A stretch of DNA of 64,000 nucleotides. It comes from a virus. The number at the start of each line of letters is the position of its first letter. Position 1 is the first letter of the stretch. The notes beneath the pieces were generated by a model. That model worked only from the letters and a program-made list of their open reading frames with translations, did no database searches and was not told the DNA's origin. Both the position numbers and the translations under genes were made by a program. The DNA is taken from positions 32,110-96,109 of IMG/VR virus record IMGVR_UViG_3300025889_000087. The stretch is one strand, 5' to 3'. Shown here one piece after another: positions 61,035 to 64,000 of the stretch.

Positions 61035-64000
61035 ACCCCGAATCGGTCTTCAAACCACTGCACCACGTCAGCGTGCTCAGCATCGCTCAGGAACTTCGGA
61101 TAGATGAGCACTTCGTGAACGATGAGGCCGTTCTGCGCCATGTTCGTCAATGCGTTTTGTCCTGAACCCGCATCGGTCATTTCACCGAACAATTCCATGC
61201 CGCCCGTTTGAGCCACGATATTGTCGAACACCAAGGGGTTGGTCGATGCCCAAGCGGCAGTGGCCGTGCTGCTGCTGCTCCCTCGGTTGCTTCGCGTCAG
61301 CCAATATGCCTGAGCGGCGGATTCGTCAATACGCACTGCGACAAGTGCCGGATCTCCTGCGGACGGACGCACTGTGCCGTTTGCTGCCGCCTGTCCGGTG
61401 ACGGCGGTTGTTCCGGTCAGGACGCCGCTTCCGTCAGCGCGGATTTGCAGCCCATCATTCCCTTCAGAATGCACAAGGCCGAGCACATCGTTGCTCTCGT
61501 ATGCGGGTGTAAATGCGACGTAAAACGACCAATCACCATCGGTGGTCGCCGGTCCATTGTTCGTCCCGTCGTCCCATAGCGTGTAGATGGATTGTGGGTA
61601 TGCGCTCAAACCTGCGTGGGTGATGCCGTATTTTTCGGTCAGGTATCGTTCGACCACTTCGATTTCAGCGGCACTGAGCGTCCGATCGTAGTGTAGCACT
61701 TCGGAAATGTAGCCGTCCATGTTGTATGAAGGGACATATCCAACCGCATAAGGTTGAGAAGCCGTAGTTCGATAAAATGCCCCTGTTGTGGTTCCCGGTG
61801 AAGCCCCATTCACCGAAATGAACGCCGTCGCAGTGGCTCCCATCCCATCTCCACCCTCAATGCCCGCACGAATCAATGTGGCTTGATTCACAACGGCAGT
61901 TCCCGTTCCCGCATAAGCAGCACCCCAACCGCCGCTCGGACCACGACCAAACCAAAACTCGTATTGATCTCCCGAGCCAGTCATGTCCGCGTAAAGGTTG
62001 TAGCCATATTGCCCACTTGGTGAACCTGCCGTGTGGCGGTTTGTGACAATGCCTTCGTAGGTTGCATTGTCCACGCTCGGTGCGGTGACAACAAACGTAG
62101 TGAATTGGGCAGTGTTCAATCCTTCTTCATATGCGTCGGTGTCCAAGAAGTCACCACCGTCGAATTGCACTGACGGGCGATCGTTGAAGCCACCGGGAGA
62201 CGCGCGATAGGTTGGCTTTGCGCTCGTCGTGGATTGCTTGACGTGTCGCCCATTTCCGCTTTCGTCATTCCATTGTGATACGGAGTCCCCATCGTTAAGC
62301 GTTTCAGCGAGGCTATCGGCGCGAAGCCACAAGGCGAGGCCGTCTTTGATTGGGGCCATGCCGGTGTGAATGGCCTCAATGTTCAATCCCGTGGGGTAGT
62401 TCACACGGTTTGTCTCCGATGTGATTTTGCCAACGCCGTTCACCCATGACGAACCGTCGTAATACGTCACACCCGATGGATAATTGGGAATAATCACCCC
62501 GTCCTTGACGGTCGGCGTTCCTCCGGGCCACGAATACCCGCCCGAGGGATTCAGCACGGCTTCTGTTGGACCGGCAGCCACCAACCCCGCGCGGTTATTG
62601 GCGCGACCGCAGTTCCGCTTCCAACGCCACCCGTTGCCCCACGAATAGAAGTGAAAGTCGTTCTTGGCGACCGTTTCCCCGATGTCGCCGTTGGTGGTGT
62701 TGGGCCCAATGCGTGCCTTGTTTTTCCACCAAAACACGAACTCGTCATCCGTCACAACCGCCGACCCATCATCGCGCAAAAGAACGGTCTTGTCGCTTGA
62801 ATCAAGCCAAACGAGCAGGTCATCCCCGTGAGGTGGCTCATATGCGTAAAGCATCCCACCAACTGCCGTCGCCTTGTCTTTCATGGCCTCGGTCATTCGT
62901 GACTTCGTGCTAATCCAATAGGCGTCGTTGCCGAGCCCCGTCCGATCGGTGAAGCGTTGGTTTTGCGAAAAACGAGCGCGGCTCATTTGTCCGCGTGGTC
63001 GCGCTTCTGCTTTGCCGGGGTCCACCACCAAATCACCGTTGCCGAGGGTGAACCATACGGGGGTGTTGTCGGGGTGGCCGAACAGAAATCCCTGCGTCTT
63101 AGGTGCGTCCGTGTCGGACCGCAACAGGGTGGACTGAATAGCCACGGTGTCGTTGTTGAAATCAATTGCGACGATGCGGACCCTCTCAATCGGGTTCACC
63201 ATTGGGTCAAGATTGATTCCGCCTTCCGGTGAGAAGGGGGCAGTGCTCGTCTCTTGGTAATAGGTGAATGGCGACACGCTGCCGCCAGTCACAGGGTTGG
63301 TGCCGGAGGCATTCACCACCGCATTGAGGTTGGTCACGGGGATGCCGTCTGAATGGTATGTGGCTTTCGTGACGACTGATGAAATGTCGAGGTAGCCACT
63401 GTCCCACCACGTCTGAAAACGCAATTCGTTCACAGGGATAGAGAGAATGGTTGAGGCGAGCGACTCAAGCGCGGTCGGGCGTTCGGTCCCCGCTACACCT
63501 GCCGGGAAGTCGCGGATCTTGAATGTGCCGTAATTGTAGCCATCGGTCAGCGTGAGAGGCTCAGTGATGCCAAGAGCCCCCACTTCGACGTTCCTGAAGT
63601 CGTAGCCGATGCAGACCATGGGAATTGGCATGAGGCCGTCCTCCACCTTCCCCACACCATCCTTCCCCTGTTGCGGGTGCGCAGGGTTGCGGTTGTTGAA
63701 GAAGAAGAGGTTGGGAATGTCGTCCTCGTCTTCAAAGTCCCATAGCCCGACCGTTTCTGCGGTGGCCGTGAATGGTTGCATTAGGGGTTCAATGGCTCCA
63801 CGGCTGATGCGAACGCTCTCAATGACGCCTCGGTATTCCCCACCCTGACCGCCGAGAAAGAGGTCTGAAGAAGCCGTGCGAATGAGGCGGTCGTCGCCGT
63901 TGAAGTCATGCTTTCCTACGAGGTCGCCGTTGATGTAAAGCAACATACGGCTCGACGTGAATTGCGCATTCACATAGAGCAATTCACGGGACGGCAAGGC
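61031..64000 (-). CDS. Virion protein with multiple LamG/ConA-like domains (start lies beyond the window)
   Basis: LYINGDL...YRGVIESVRIS...VGLWDFE; GLALWLRAD...VSQWNDESGNGRH...GYISEVLHYDRTLS; HEVLIYPKFLS. Confidence 0.85.
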   Translation of the reverse strand, partial: ALPSRELLYVNAQFTSSRMLLYINGDLVGKHDFNGDDRLIRTASSDLFLGGQGGEYRGVIESVRISRGAIEPLMQPFTATAETVGLWDFEDEDDIPNLFFFNNRNPAHPQQGKDGVGKVEDGLMPIPMVCIGYDFRNVEVGALGITEPLTLTDGYNYGTFKIRDFPAGVAGTERPTALESLASTILSIPVNELRFQTWWDSGYLDISSVVTKATYHSDGIPVTNLNAVVNASGTNPVTGGSVSPFTYYQETSTAPFSPEGGINLDPMVNPIERVRIVAIDFNNDTVAIQSTLLRSDTDAPKTQGFLFGHPDNTPVWFTLGNGDLVVDPGKAEARPRGQMSRARFSQNQRFTDRTGLGNDAYWISTKSRMTEAMKDKATAVGGMLYAYEPPHGDDLLVWLDSSDKTVLLRDDGSAVVTDDEFVFWWKNKARIGPNTTNGDIGETVAKNDFHFYSWGNGWRWKRNCGRANNRAGLVAAGPTEAVLNPSGGYSWPGGTPTVKDGVIIPNYPSGVTYYDGSSWVNGVGKITSETNRVNYPTGLNIEAIHTGMAPIKDGLALWLRADSLAETLNDGDSVSQWNDESGNGRHVKQSTTSAKPTYRASPGGFNDRPSVQFDGGDFLDTDAYEEGLNTAQFTTFVVTAPSVDNATYEGIVTNRHTAGSPSGQYGYNLYADMTGSGDQYEFWFGRGPSGGWGAAYAGTGTAVVNQATLIRAGIEGGDGMGATATAFISVNGASPGTTTGAFYRTTASQPYAVGYVPSYNMDGYISEVLHYDRTLSAAEIEVVERYLTEKYGITHAGLSAYPQSIYTLWDDGTNNGPATTDGDWSFYVAFTPAYESNDVLGLVHSEGNDGLQIRADGSGVLTGTTAVTGQAAANGTVRPSAGDPALVAVRIDESAAQAYWLTRSNRGSSSSTATAAWASTNPLVFDNIVAQTGGMELFGEMTDAGSGQNALTNMAQNGLIVHEVLIYPKFLSDAEHADVVQWFEDRFGV

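Overview
This window is part of the genome of a large tailed dsDNA archaeal virus. It is most consistent with a magrovirus, a virus of Marine Group II/Poseidoniales; that assignment is inferred from gene content, not from a database hit. Support for an archaeal virus: an archaeal-type replication module (PolB, PCNA-like clamp, RFC, primase fusion, MCM-like ATPase, ERCC4 nuclease, Cas4-like nuclease, ligase-like protein), TATA-box promoters, GGAGGTGA Shine-Dalgarno sites and very large LamG-containing tail proteins. Layout: (i) 1-7640, a minus-strand, mostly translationally coupled array of at least 13 genes. All begin with the same ~12-aa tag, M-x-[AP]-F-[DE]-x-A-W-x-h-h-K, fused to different cargo domains (ADP-ribosyltransferase-like, GNAT acetyltransferase, HExxH metallopeptidase, unknown). 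(ii) 7640-8625, a structured non-coding region between divergent transcription units, a candidate origin or genome end. (iii) 8670-24283, + strand early/accessory genes driven by five copies of a TTCATATAC-N7-GGTGT promoter/operator. (iv) 24277-45358, the replication module with four DNA methyltransferases, three ending in clamp-binding-like motifs. (v) 45360-64000, minus-strand tail/structural genes. The best candidate for an undescribed system is the tagged effector array, plausibly a virion-packaged, shuffled set of host-modifying enzymes. No capsid, terminase, portal, tRNA, rRNA or CRISPR array was recognised in the window.
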